This document shows positions 26,540 through 41,100 of a stretch of 64,000 nucleotides of DNA, one piece after another. The translations under genes were made by a program, and so were the position numbers. The DNA comes from Eledone cirrhosa (lineage: Eukaryota). Where the stretch lies: assembly GCA_964016885.1 (NCBI GenBank), contig OZ024743.1:233740001-233804000 (forward strand), given 5' to 3'. Within the stretch, counting starts at the first letter, position 1. Every line of letters starts with the position of its first letter. The notes beneath the pieces are model-generated. The model was not told the origin of the DNA. It saw only the letters and a program-made list of their open reading frames with translations, and did not search any database.

Positions 26540-29500
26540 TCACGCCACACATAGCCAATGAGTGTCTGCACATGTACCAGTAATTACAGATCGATCCGAC
26601 CACGGGCGGTCGGTTTGCGATTGAAAAGGTAACTCCGCCGGCAAATCGTCATTTTTGGATTCGTTTTCTTCGAAGCACACCATTCGCCGGCGGACTTTGT
26701 TGACGTTTAACACGGTTTGGTTCCACAGCCACAACTATTGATTTTACGGAGATATCTTGCTGAAATTCACGCCACACATAGCCAATGAGTGTCTGCACAT
26801 GTACCAGTAATTACAGATCGATCCGACCACGGGCGGCCGGCCCGCGATTGGAAAGGTAACTCCGCCGGCAAATCGTCATTTTTGGATTCGTTTTCTTCGA
26901 AGCACACCATTCGCCGGCGGACTTTGTTGACGTTTAACACGGTTTGGTTCCACAGCCACAACTATTGATTTTACGGAGATATCTTGCTGAAATTCACGCC
27001 ACACATAGCCAATGAGTGTCTGCACATGTATCAGTAATTACAGATCGATCCGACCACGGGCGGCCGGCCCGCGATTGAAAAGGTAACTCCGCCGGCAAAT
27101 CGTCATTTTTGGATTCGTTTTCTTCGAAGCACACCATTCGCCGGCGGACTTTGTTGACGTTTAACACGGTTTGGTTCCACAGCCACAACTATTGATTTTA
27201 CGGAGATATCTTGCTGAAATTCACGCCACACATAGCCAATGAGTGTCTGCACATGTACAAGTAATTACAGATCGATCCGACCACGGGCGGCCGGCCCGCG
27301 ATTGAAAAGGTAACTCCGCCGGCAAATCGTCATTTTTGGATTCGTTTTCTTCGAAGCACACCATTCGCCGGCGGACTTTGTTGACGTTTAACACGGTTTG
27401 GTTCCACAGCCACAACTATTGATTTTACGGAGATATCTTGCTGAAATTCACGCCACACATAGCCAATGAGTGTCTGCACATGTACCAGTAATTACAGATC
27501 GATCCGACCACGGGCGGCCGGCCCGCGATTGAAAAGGTAACTCCGCCGGCAAATCGTCATTTTTGGATTCGTTTTCTTCGAAGCACACCATTCGCCGGCG
27601 GACTTTGTTGACGTTTAACACGGTTTGGTTCCACAGCCACAACTATTGATTTTACGGAGATATCTTGCTGAAATTCACGCCACACATAGCCAATGAGTGT
27701 CCGCACATGTACCAGTAATTACAGATCGATCCGACCACGGGCGGTCGGTTTGCGATTGAAAAGGTAACTCCGCCGGCAAATCGTCATTTTTGGATTCGTT
27801 TTCTTCGAAGCACACCATTCGCCGGCTGACTTTGTTGACGTTTAACACGGTTTGGTTCCACAGCCACAACTATTGATTTTAAGGAGATATCTTGCTGAAA
27901 TTCACGCCACACATAGCCAATGAGTGTCTGCACAGGTACCAGTAATTACAGATCGATCCGACCACGGGCGGCCGGCCCGCGATTGAAAAGGTAACTCCGC
28001 CGGCAAATCGTCATTTTTGGATTCGTTTTCTTCGAAGCACACCATTCGCCGGCGGACTTTGTTGACGTTTAACACGGTTTGGTTCCACAGCCACAACTAT
28101 TGATTTTACGGAGATATCTTGCTGAAATTCACGCCACACATAGCCAATGAGTGTCTGCACATGTACCAGTAATTACAGATCGATCCGACCACGGGCGGTC
28201 GGTTTGCGATTGAAAAGGTAACTCCGCCGGCAAATCGTCATTTTTGGATTCGTTTTCTTCGAAGCACACCATTCGCCGGCTGACTTTGTTGACGTTTAAC
28301 ACGGTTTGGTTCCACAGCCACAACTATTGATTTTACGGAGATATCTTGCTGAAATTCACGCCACACATAGCCAATGAGTGTCTGCACATGTACCAGTAAT
28401 TACAGATCGATCCGACCACGGGCGGCCGGCCCGCGATTGAAAAGGTAACTCCGCCGGCAAATCGTCATTTTTGGATTCGTTTTCTTCGAAGCACACCATT
28501 CGCCGGCGGACTTTGTTGACGTTTAACACGGTTTGGTTCCACAGCCACAACTATTGATTTTACGGAGATATCTTGCTGAAATTCACGCCACACATAGCCA
28601 ATGAGTGTCTGCACATGTACCAGTAATTACAGATCGATCCGACCACGGGCGGCCGGCCCGCGATTGAAAAGGTAACTCCGCCGGCAAATCGTCATTTTTG
28701 GATTCGTTTTCTTCGAAGCACACCATTCGCCGGCGGACTTTGTTGACGTTTAACACGGTTTGGTTCCACAGCCACAACTATTGATTTTACGGAGATATCT
28801 TGCTGAAATTCACGCCACACATAGCCAATGAGTCTCTGCACATGTACCATTAATTACAGATCGATCCGACCACGGACGGTCGGTTTGCGATTGAAAAGGT
28901 AACTCCGCCGGCAAATCGTCATTTTTGGATTCGTTTTCTTCGAAGCACACCATTCGCCGGCTGACTTTGTTGACGTTTAACACGGTTTGGTTCCACAGCC
29001 ACAACTATTGATTTTAAGGAGATATCTTGCTGAAATTCACGCCACACATAGCCAATGAGTGTCTGCACAGGTACCAGTAATTACAGATCGATCCGACCAC
29101 GGGCGGCCGGCCCGCGATTGAAAAGGTAACTCCGCCGGCAAATCGTCATTTTTGGATTCGTTTTCTTCGAAGCACACCATTCGCCGGCGGACTTTGTTGA
29201 CGTTTAACACGGTTTGATTCCACAGCCACAACTATTGATTTTACGGAGATATCTTCCTGAAATTCACGCCACACATAGCCAATGAGTGTCTGCACATGTA
29301 CCAGTAATTACAGATCGATCCGACCACGGGCGGCCGGCCCGCGATTGAAAAGGTAACTCCGCCGGCAAATCGTCATTTTTGGATTCGTTTTCTTCGAAGC
29401 ACACCATTCGCCGGCGGACTTTGTTGACGTTTAACACGGTTTGGTTCCACAGCCACAACTATTGATTTTACGGAGATATCTTGCTGAAATTCACGCCACA

Positions 29501-31306
29501 CATAGCCAATGAGTGTCTGCACATGTACCAGTAATTACAGATCGATCCGACCACGGGCGGTCGGTTTGCGATTGAAAAGGTAACTCCGCCGGCAAATCGT
29601 CATTTTTGGATTCGTTTTCTTCGAAGCACACCATTCGCCGGCTGACTTTGTTGACGTTTAACACGGTTTGGTTCCACAGCCACAACTATTGATTTTACGG
29701 AGATATCTTGCTGAAATTCACGCCACACATAGCCAATGAGTGTCTGCACATGTACCAGTAATTACAGATCGATCCGACCACGGGCGGTCGGTTTGCGATT
29801 GAAAAGGTAACTCCGCCGGCAAATCGTCATTTTTGGATTCGTTTTCTTCGAAGCACACCATTCGCCGGCGGACTTTGTTGACGTTTAACACGGTTTGGTT
29901 CCACAGCCACAACTATTGATTTTACGGAGATATCTTGCTGAAATTCACGCCACACATAGCCAATGAGTGTCTGCACATGTACCAGTAATTACAGATCGAT
30001 CCGACCACGGGCGGCCGGCCCGCGATTGGAAAGGTAACTCCGCCGGCAAATCGTCATTTTTGGATTCGTTTTCTTCGAAGCACACCATTCGCCGGCGGAC
30101 TTTGTTGACGTTTAACACGGTTTGGTTCCACAGCCACAACTATTGATTTTACGGAGATATCTTGCTGAAATTCACGCCACACATAGCCAATGAGTGTCTG
30201 CACATGTATCAGTAATTACAGATCGATCCGACCACGGGCGGCCGGCCCGCGATTGAAAAGGTAACTCCGCCGGCAAATCGTCATTTTTGGATTCGTTTTC
30301 TTCGAAGCACACCATTCGCCGGCGGACTTTGTTGACGTTTAACACGGTTTGGTTCCACAGCCACAACTATTGATTTTACGGAGATATCTTGCTGAAATTC
30401 ACGCCACACATAGCCAATGAGTGTCTGCACATGTACAAGTAATTACAGATCGATCCGACCACGGGCGGCCGGCCCGCGATTGAAAAGGTAACTCCGCCGG
30501 CAAATCGTCATTTTTGGATTCGTTTTCTTCGAAGCACACCATTCGCCGGCGGACTTTGTTGACGTTTAACACGGTTTGGTTCCACAGCCACAACTATTGA
30601 TTTTACGGAGATATCTTGCTGAAATTCACGCCACACATAGCCAATGAGTGTCTGCACATGTACCAGTAATTACAGATCGATCCGACCACGGGCGGCCGGC
30701 CCGCGATTGAAAAGGTAACTCCGCCGGCAAATCGTCATTTTTGGATTCGTTTTCTTCGAAGCACACCATTCGCCGGCGGACTTTGTTGACGTTTAACACG
30801 GTTTGGTTCCACAGCCACAACTATTGATTTTACGGAGATATCTTGCTGAAATTCACGCCACACATAGCCAATGAGTGTCCGCACATGTACCAGTAATTAC
30901 AGATCGATCCGACCACGGGCGGTCGGTTTGCGATTGAAAAGGTAACTCCGCCGGCAAATCGTCATTTTTGGATTCGTTTTCTTCGAAGCACACCATTCGC
31001 CGGCTGACTTTGTTGACGTTTAACACGGTTTGGTTCCACAGCCACAACTATTGATTTTAAGGAGATATCTTGCTGAAATTCACGCCACACATAGCCAATG
31101 AGTGTCTGCACAGGTACCAGTAATTACAGATCGATCCGACCACGGGCGGCCGGCCCGCGATTGAAAAGGTAACTCCGCCGGCAAATCGTCATTTTTGGAT
31201 TCGTTTTCTTCGAAGCACACCATTCGCCGGCGGACTTTGTTGACGTTTAACACGGTTTGATTCCACAGCCACAACTATTGATTTTACGGAGATATCTTCC
31301 TGAAAT
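25632..31306. repeat. Duplicated 11-monomer block at a 14-monomer offset (3,178 bp)
   Basis: Order N A A B B' A D C A B A starts at 25632 and again at 28810. A private g>a marker (cacggacgg) is seen only at 25698 and 28876. Confidence 0.85.
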
Positions 31307-31533
31307 TCACGCCACACATAGCCAATGAGTGTCTGCACATGTACCAGTAATTACAGATCGATCCGACCACGGGCGGCCGGCCCGCGATTGAAAAGGTAAC
31401 TCCGCCGGCAAATCGTCATTTTTGGATTCGTTTTCTTCGAAGCACACCATTCGCCGGCGGACTTTGTTGACGTTTAACACGGTTTGGTTCCACAGCCACA
31501 ACTATTGATTTTACGGAGATATCTTGCTGAAAT

Positions 31534-34257
31534 TCACGCCACACATAGCCAATGAGTGTCTGCACATGTACCAGTAATTACAGATCGATCCGACCACGGG
31601 CGGTCGGTTTGCGATTGAAAAGGTAACTCCGCCGGCAAATCGTCATTTTTGGATTCGTTTTCTTCGAAGCACACCATTCGCCGGCTGACTTTGTTGACGT
31701 TTAACACGGTTTGGTTCCACAGCCACAACTATTGATTTTACGGAGATATCTTGCTGAAATTCACGCCACACATAGCCAATGAGTGTCTGCACATGTACCA
31801 GTAATTACAGATCGATCCGACCACGGGCGGTCGGTTTGCGATTGAAAAGGTAACTCCGCCGGCAAATCGTCATTTTTGGATTCGTTTTCTTCGAAGCACA
31901 CCATTCGCCGGCGGACTTTGTTGACGTTTAAGACGGTTTGGTTCCACAGCCACAACTATTGATTTTACGGAGATATCTTGCTGAAATTCACGCCACACAT
32001 AGCCAATGAGTGTCTGCACATGTACCAGTAATTACAGATCGATCCGACCACGGGCGGCCGGCCCGCGATTGGAAAGGTAACTCCGCCGGCAAATCGTCAT
32101 TTTTGGATTCGTTTTCTTCGAAGCACACCATTCGCCGGCGGACTTTGTTGACGTTTAACACGGTTTGGTTCCACAGCCACAACTATTGATTTTACGGAGA
32201 TATCTTGCTGAAATTCACGCCACACATAGCCAATGAGTGTCTGCACATGTATCAGTAATTACAGATCGATCCGACCACGGGCGGCCGGCCCGCGATTGAA
32301 AAGGTAACTCCGCCGGCAAATCGTCATTTTTGGATTCGTTTTCTTCGAAGCACACCATTCGCCGGCGGACTTTGTTGACGTTTAACACGGTTTGGTTCCA
32401 CAGCCACAACTATTGATTTTACGGAGATATCTTGCTGAAATTCACGCCACACATAGCCAATGAGTGTCTGCACATGTACAAGTAATTACAGATCGATCCG
32501 ACCACGGGCGGCCGGCCCGCGATTGAAAAGGTAACTCCGCCGGCAAATCGTCATTTTTGGATTCGTTTTCTTCGAAGCACACCATTCGCCGGCGGACTTT
32601 GTTGACGTTTAACACGGTTTGGTTCCACAGCCACAACTATTGATTTTACGGAGATATCTTGCTGAAATTCACGCCACACATAGCCAATGAGTGTCTGCAC
32701 ATGTACCAGTAATTACAGATCGATCCGACCACGGGCGGCCGGCCCGCGATTGAAAAGGTAACTCCGCCGGCAAATCGTCATTTTTGGATTCGTTTTCTTC
32801 GAAGCACACCATTCGCCGGCGGACTTTGTTGACGTTTAACACGGTTTGGTTCCACAGCCACAACTATTGATTTTACGGAGATATCTTGCTGAAATTCACG
32901 CCACACATAGCCAATGAGTGTCCGCACATGTACCAGTAATTACAGATCGATCCGACCACGGGCGGTCGGTTTGCGATTGAAAAGGTAACTCCGCCGGCAA
33001 ATCGTCATTTTTGGATTCGTTTTCTTCGAAGCACACCATTCGCCGGCTGACTTTGTTGACGTTTAACACGGTTTGGTTCCACAGCCACAACTATTGATTT
33101 TACGGAGATATCTTGCTGAAATTCACGCCACACATAGCCAATGAGTGTCTGCACATGTACCAGTAATTACAGATCGATCCGACCACGGGCGGTCGGTTTG
33201 CGATTGAAAAGGTAACTCCGCCGGCAAATCGTCATTTTTGGATTCGTTTTCTTCGAAGCACACCATTCGCCGGCGGACTTTGTTGACGTTTAACACGGTT
33301 TGGTTCCACAGCCACAACTATTGATTTTACGGAGATATCTTGCTGAAATTCACGCCACACATAGCCAATGAGTGTCTGCACATGTACCAGTAATTACAGA
33401 TCGATCCGACCACGGGCGGCCGGCCCGCGATTGGAAAGGTAACTCCGCCGGCAAATCGTCATTTTTGGATTCGTTTTCTTCGAAGCACACCATTCGCCGG
33501 CGGACTTTGTTGACGTTTAACACGGTTTGGTTCCACAGCCACAACTATTGATTTTACGGAGATATCTTGCTGAAATTCACGCCACACATAGCCAATGAGT
33601 GTCTGCACATGTATCAGTAATTACAGATCGATCCGACCACGGGCGGCCGGCCCGCGATTGAAAAGGTAACTCCGCCGGCAAATCGTCATTTTTGGATTCG
33701 TTTTCTTCGAAGCACACCATTCGCCGGCGGACTTTGTTGACGTTTAACACGGTTTGGTTCCACAGCCACAACTATTGATTTTACGGAGATATCTTGCTGA
33801 AATTCACGCCACACATAGCCAATGAGTGTCTGCACATGTACAAGTAATTACAGATCGATCCGACCACGGGCGGCCGGCCCGCGATTGAAAAGGTAACTCC
33901 GCCGGCAAATCGTCATTTTTGGATTCGTTTTCTTCGAAGCACACCATTCGCCGGCGGACTTTGTTGACGTTTAACACGGTTTGGTTCCACAGCCACAACT
34001 ATTGATTTTACGGAGATATCTTGCTGAAATTCACGCCACACATAGCCAATGAGTGTCTGCACATGTACCAGTAATTACAGATCGATCCGACCACGGGCGG
34101 CCGGCCCGCGATTGAAAAGGTAACTCCGCCGGCAAATCGTCATTTTTGGATTCGTTTTCTTCGAAGCACACCATTCGCCGGCGGACTTTGTTGACGTTTA
34201 ACACGGTTTGGTTCCACAGCCACAACTATTGATTTTACGGAGATATCTTGCTGAAAT
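31534..34257. repeat. Higher-order repeat: 6-monomer unit B B' A D C A (1,362 bp) x2, with further copies at 26313 and 29491
   Basis: D monomers at 32215 and 33577, and C monomers at 32442 and 33804, are 1,362 bp apart. Confidence 0.85.
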
Positions 34258-35165
34258 TCACGCCACACATAGCCAATGAGTGTCCGCACATGTACCAGTA
34301 ATTACAGATCGATCCGACCACGGGCGGTCGGTTTGCGATTGAAAAGGTAACTCCGCCGGCAAATCGTCATTTTTGGATTCGTTTTCTTCGAAGCACACCA
34401 TTCGCCGGCTGACTTTGTTGACGTTTAACACGGTTTGGTTCCACAGCCACAACTATTGATTTTACGGAGATATCTTGCTGAAATTCACGCCACACATAGC
34501 CAATGAGTGTCTGCACATGTACAAGTAATTACAGATCGATCCGACCACGGGCGGCCGGCCCGCGATTGAAAAGGTAACTCCGCCGGCAAATCGTCATTTT
34601 TGGATTCGTTTTCTTCGAAGCACACCATTCGCCGGCGGACTTTGTTGACGTTTAACACGGTTTGGTTCCACAGCCACAACTATTGATTTTACGGAGATAT
34701 CTTGCTGAAATTCACGCCACACATAGCCAATGAGTGTCTGCACATGTACCAGTAATTACAGATCGATCCGACCACGGGCGGTCGGTTTGCGATTGAAAAG
34801 GTAACTCCGCCGGCAAATCGTCATTTTTGGATTCGTTTTCTTCGAAGCACACCATTCGCCGGCTGACTTTGTTGACGTTTAACACGGTTTGGTTCCACAG
34901 CCACAACTATTGATTTTACGGAGATATCTTGCTGAAATTCACGCCACACATAGCCAATGAGTGTCTGCACATGTACCAGTAATTACAGATCGATCCGACC
35001 ACGGGCGGTCGGTTTGCGATTGAAAAGGTAACTCCGCCGGCAAATCGTCATTTTTGGATTCGTTTTCTTCGAAGCACACCATTCGCCGGCGGACTTTGTT
35101 GACGTTTAAGACGGTTTGGTTCCACAGCCACAACTATTGATTTTACGGAGATATCTTGCTGAAAT

Positions 35166-38100
35166 TCACGCCACACATAGCCAATGAGTGTCTGCACATG
35201 TACCAGTAATTACAGATCGATCCGACCACGGGCGGCCGGCCCGCGATTGAAAAGGTAACTCCGCCGGCAAATCGTCATTTTTGGATTCGTTTTCTTCGAA
35301 GCACACCATTCGCCGGCTGACTTTGTTGATGTTTAACACGGTTTGGTTCCACAGCCACAACTATTGATTTTACGGAGATATCTTGCTGAAATTCACGCCA
35401 CACATAGCCAATGAGTGTCTGCACAGGTACCAGTAATTACAGATCGATCCGACCACGGGCGGCCGGCCCGCTATTGAAAAGGTAACTCCGCCGGCAAATC
35501 GTCATTTTTGGATTCGTTTTCTTCGAAGCACACCATTCGCCGGCGGACTTTGTTGACGTTTAACACGGTTTGGTTCCACAGCCACAACTATTGATTTTAC
35601 GGAGATATCTTGCTGAAATTCACGCCACACAGCCAATGAGTGTCTGCACATGTACCAGTAATTACAGATCGATCCGACCAGGGGCGGCCGGCCCGCGATT
35701 GAAAAGGTAACTCCGCCGGCAAATCGTCATTTTTGGATTCGTTTTCTTCGAAGCACACCATTCGCCGGCGGACTTTGTTGACGTTTAACACGGTTTGGTT
35801 CCACAGCCACAACTATTGATTTTACGGAGATATCTTGCTGAAATTCACGCCACACATAGCCAATGAGTCTCTGCACATGTACCAGTAATTACAGATCGAT
35901 CCGACCACGGGCGGTCGGTTTGCGATTGAAAAGGTAACTCCGCCGGCAAATCGTCATTTTTGGATTCGTTTTCTTCGAAGCACACCATTCGCCGGCGGAC
36001 TTTGTTGACGTTTAACACGGTTTGGTTCCACAGCCACAACTATTGATTTTACGGAGATATCTTGCTGAAATTCACGCCACACATAGCCAATGAGTGTCTG
36101 CACATGTACCAGTAATTACAGATCGATCCGACCACGGGCGGCCGGCCCGCGATTGAAAAGGTAACTCCGCCGGCAAATCGTCATTTTTGGATTCGTTTTC
36201 TTCGAAGCACACCATTCGCCGGCGGACTTTGTTGACGTTTAACACGGTTTGGTTCCACAGCCACAACTATTGATTTTACGGAGATATCTTGCTGAAATTC
36301 ACGCCACACATAGCCAATGAGTGTCTGCACATGTACCAGTAATTACAGATCGATCCGACCACGGGCGGCCGGCCCGCGATTGAAAAGGTAACTCCGCCGG
36401 CAAATCGTCATTTTTGGATTCGTTTTCTTCGAAGCACACCATTCGCCGGCGGACTTTGTTGACGTTTAACACGGTTTGGTTCCACAGCCACAACTATTGA
36501 TTTTACGGAGATATCTTGCTGAAATTCACGCCACACATAGCCAATGAGTGTCCGCACATGTACCAGTAATTACAGATCGATCCGACCACGGGCGGTCGGT
36601 TTGCGATTGAAAAGGTAACTCCGCCGGCAAATCGTCATTTTTGGATTCGTTTTCTTCGAAGCACACCATTCGCCGGCTGACTTTGTTGACGTTTAACACG
36701 GTTTGGTTCCACAGCCACAACTATTGATTTTACGGAGATATCTTGCTGAAATTCACGCCACACATAGCCAATGAGTGTCTGCACATGTACCAGTAATTAC
36801 AGATCGATCCGACCACGGGCGGTCGGTTTGCGATTGAAAAGGTAACTCCGCCGGCAAATCGTCATTTTTGGATTCGTTTTCTTCGAAGCACACCATTCGC
36901 CGGCGGACTTTGTTGACGTTTAACACGGTTTGGTTCCACAGCCACAACTATTGATTTTACGGAGATATCTTGCTGAAATTCACGCCACACATAGCCAATG
37001 AGTGTCTGCACATGTACAAGTAATTACAGATCGATCCGACCACGGGCGGCCGGCCCGCGATTGAAAAGGTAACTCCGCCGGCAAATCGTCATTTTTGGAT
37101 TCGTTTTCTTCGAAGCACACCATTCGCCGGCGGACTTTGTTGACGTTTAACACGGTTTGGTTCCACAGCCACAACTATTGATTTTACGGAGATATCTTGC
37201 TGAAATTCACGCCACACATAGCCAATGAGTGTCTGCACATGTACCAGTAATTACAGATCGATCCGACCACGGGCGGCCGGCCCGCGATTGAAAAGGTAAC
37301 TCCGCCGGCAAATCGTCATTTTTGGATTCGTTTTCTTCGAAGCACACCATTCGCCGGCGGACTTTGTTGACGTTTAACACGGTTTGGTTCCACAGCCACA
37401 ACTATTGATTTTACGGAGATATCTTGCTGAAATTCACGCCACACATAGCCAATGAGTGTCTGCACATGTACCAGTAATTACAGATCGATCCGACCACGGG
37501 CGGCCGGCCCGCGATTGAAAAGGTAACTCCGCCGGCAAATCGTCATTTTTGGATTCGTTTTCTTCGAAGCACACCATTCGCCGGCTGACTTTGTTGATGT
37601 TTAACACGGTTTGGTTCCACAGCCACAACTATTGATTTTACGGAGATATCTTGCTGAAATTCACGCCACACATAGCCAATGAGTGTCTGCACAGGTACCA
37701 GTAATTACAGATCGATCCGACCACGGGCGGCCGGCCCGCTATTGAAAAGGTAACTCCGCCGGCAAATCGTCATTTTTGGATTCGTTTTCTTCGAAGCACA
37801 CCATTCGCCGGCGGACTTTGTTGACGTTTAACACGGTTTGGTTCCACAGCCACAACTATTGATTTTACGGAGATATCTTGCTGAAATTCACGCCACACAG
37901 CCAATGAGTGTCTGCACATGTACCAGTAATTACAGATCGATCCGACCAGGGGCGGCCGGCCCGCGATTGAAAAGGTAACTCCGCCGGCAAATCGTCATTT
38001 TTGGATTCGTTTTCTTCGAAGCACACCATTCGCCGGCGGACTTTGTTGACGTTTAACACGGTTTGGTTCCACAGCCACAACTATTGATTTTACGGAGATA

Positions 38101-41100
38101 TCTTGCTGAAATTCACGCCACACATAGCCAATGAGTCTCTGCACATGTACCAGTAATTACAGATCGATCCGACCACGGGCGGTCGGTTTGCGATTGAAAA
38201 GGTAACTCCGCCGGCAAATCGTCATTTTTGGATTCGTTTTCTTCGAAGCACACCATTCGCCGGCGGACTTTGTTGACGTTTAACACGGTTTGGTTCCACA
38301 GCCACAACTATTGATTTTACGGAGATATCTTGCTGAAATTCACGCCACACATAGCCAATGAGTGTCTGCACATGTACCAGTAATTACAGATCGATCCGAC
38401 CACGGGCGGCCGGCCCGCGATTGAAAAGGTAACTCCGCCGGCAAATCGTCATTTTTGGATTCGTTTTCTTCGAAGCACACCATTCGCCGGCGGACTTTGT
38501 TGACGTTTAACACGGTTTGGTTCCACAGCCACAACTATTGATTTTACGGAGATATCTTGCTGAAATTCACGCCACACATAGCCAATGAGTGTCTGCACAT
38601 GTACCAGTAATTACAGATCGATCCGACCACGGGCGGCCGGCCCGCGATTGAAAAGGTAACTCCGCCGGCAAATCGTCATTTTTGGATTCGTTTTCTTCGA
38701 AGCACACCATTCGCCGGCGGACTTTGTTGACGTTTAACACGGTTTGGTTCCACAGCCACAACTATTGATTTTACGGAGATATCTTGCTGAAATTCACGCC
38801 ACACATAGCCAATGAGTGTCCGCACATGTACCAGTAATTACAGATCGATCCGACCACGGGCGGTCGGTTTGCGATTGAAAAGGTAACTCCGCCGGCAAAT
38901 CGTCATTTTTGGATTCGTTTTCTTCGAAGCACACCATTCGCCGGCTGACTTTGTTGACGTTTAACACGGTTTGGTTCCACAGCCACAACTATTGATTTTA
39001 CGGAGATATCTTGCTGAAATTCACGCCACACATAGCCAATGAGTGTCTGCACATGTACCAGTAATTACAGATCGATCCGACCACGGGCGGTCGGTTTGCG
39101 ATTGAAAAGGTAACTCCGCCGGCAAATCGTCATTTTTGGATTCGTTTTCTTCGAAGCACACCATTCGCCGGCTGACTTTGTTGATGTTTAACACGGTTTG
39201 GTTCCACAGCCACAACTATTGATTTTACGGAGATATCTTGCTGAAATTCACGCCACACATAGCCAATGAGTGTCTGCACAGGTACCAGTAATTACAGATC
39301 GATCCGACCACGGGCGGCCGGCCCGCTATTGAAAAGGTAACTCCGCCGGCAAATCGTCATTTTTGGATTCGTTTTCTTCGAAGCACACCATTCGCCGGCG
39401 GACTTTGTTGACGTTTAACACGGTTTGGTTCCACAGCCACAACTATTGATTTTACGGAGATATCTTGCTGAAATTCACGCCACACAGCCAATGAGTGTCT
39501 GCACATGTACCAGTAATTACAGATCGATCCGACCAGGGGCGGCCGGCCCGCGATTGAAAAGGTAACTCCGCCGGCAAATCGTCATTTTTGGATTCGTTTT
39601 CTTCGAAGCACACCATTCGCCGGCGGACTTTGTTGACGTTTAACACGGTTTGGTTCCACAGCCACAACTATTGATTTTACGGAGATATCTTGCTGAAATT
39701 CACGCCACACATAGCCAATGAGTCTCTGCACATGTACCAGTAATTACAGATCGATCCGACCACGGGCGGTCGGTTTGCGATTGAAAAGGTAACTCCGCCG
39801 GCAAATCGTCATTTTTGGATTCGTTTTCTTCGAAGCACACCATTCGCCGGCGGACTTTGTTGACGTTTAACACGGTTTGGTTCCACAGCCACAACTATTG
39901 ATTTTACGGAGATATCTTGCTGAAATTCACGCCACACATAGCCAATGAGTGTCTGCACATGTACCAGTAATTACAGATCGATCCGACCACGGGCGGCCGG
40001 CCCGCGATTGAAAAGGTAACTCCGCCGGCAAATCGTCATTTTTGGATTCGTTTTCTTCGAAGCACACCATTCGCCGGCGGACTTTGTTGACGTTTAACAC
40101 GGTTTGGTTCCACAGCCACAACTATTGATTTTACGGAGATATCTTGCTGAAATTCACGCCACACATAGCCAATGAGTGTCTGCACATGTACCAGTAATTA
40201 CAGATCGATCCGACCACGGGCGGCCGGCCCGCGATTGAAAAGGTAACTCCGCCGGCAAATCGTCATTTTTGGATTCGTTTTCTTCGAAGCACACCATTCG
40301 CCGGCGGACTTTGTTGACGTTTAACACGGTTTGGTTCCACAGCCACAACTATTGATTTTACGGAGATATCTTGCTGAAATTCACGCCACACATAGCCAAT
40401 GAATGTCCGCACATGTACCAGTAATTACAGATCGATCCGACCACGGGCGGTCGGTTTGCGATTGAAAAGGTAACTCCGCCGGCAAATCGTCATTTTTGGA
40501 TTCGTTTTCTTCGAAGCACACCATTCGCCGGCTGACTTTGTTGACGTTTAACACGGTTTGGTTCCACAGCCACAACTATTGATTTTACGGAGATATCTTG
40601 CTGAAATTCACGCCACACATAGCCAATGAGTGTCTGCACATGTACCAGTAATTACAGATCGATCCGACCACGGGCGGTCGGTTTGCGATTGAAAAGGTAA
40701 CTCCGCCGGCAAATCGTCATTTTTGGATTCGTTTTCTTCGAAGCACACCATTCGCCGGCGGACTTTGTTGACGTTTAACACGGTTTGGTTCCACAGCCAC
40801 AACTATTGATTTTACGGAGATATCTTGCTGAAATTCACGCCACACATAGCCAATGAGTGTCTGCACATGTACAAGTAATTACAGATCGATCCGACCACGG
40901 GCGGCCGGCCCGCGATTGAAAAGGTAACTCCGCCGGCAAATCGTCATTTTTGGATTCGTTTTCTTCGAAGCACACCATTCGCCGGCGGACTTTGTTGACG
41001 TTTAACACGGTTTGGTTCCACAGCCACAACTATTGATTTTACGGAGATATCTTGCTGAAATTCACGCCACACATAGCCAATGAGTGTCTGCACATGTACC

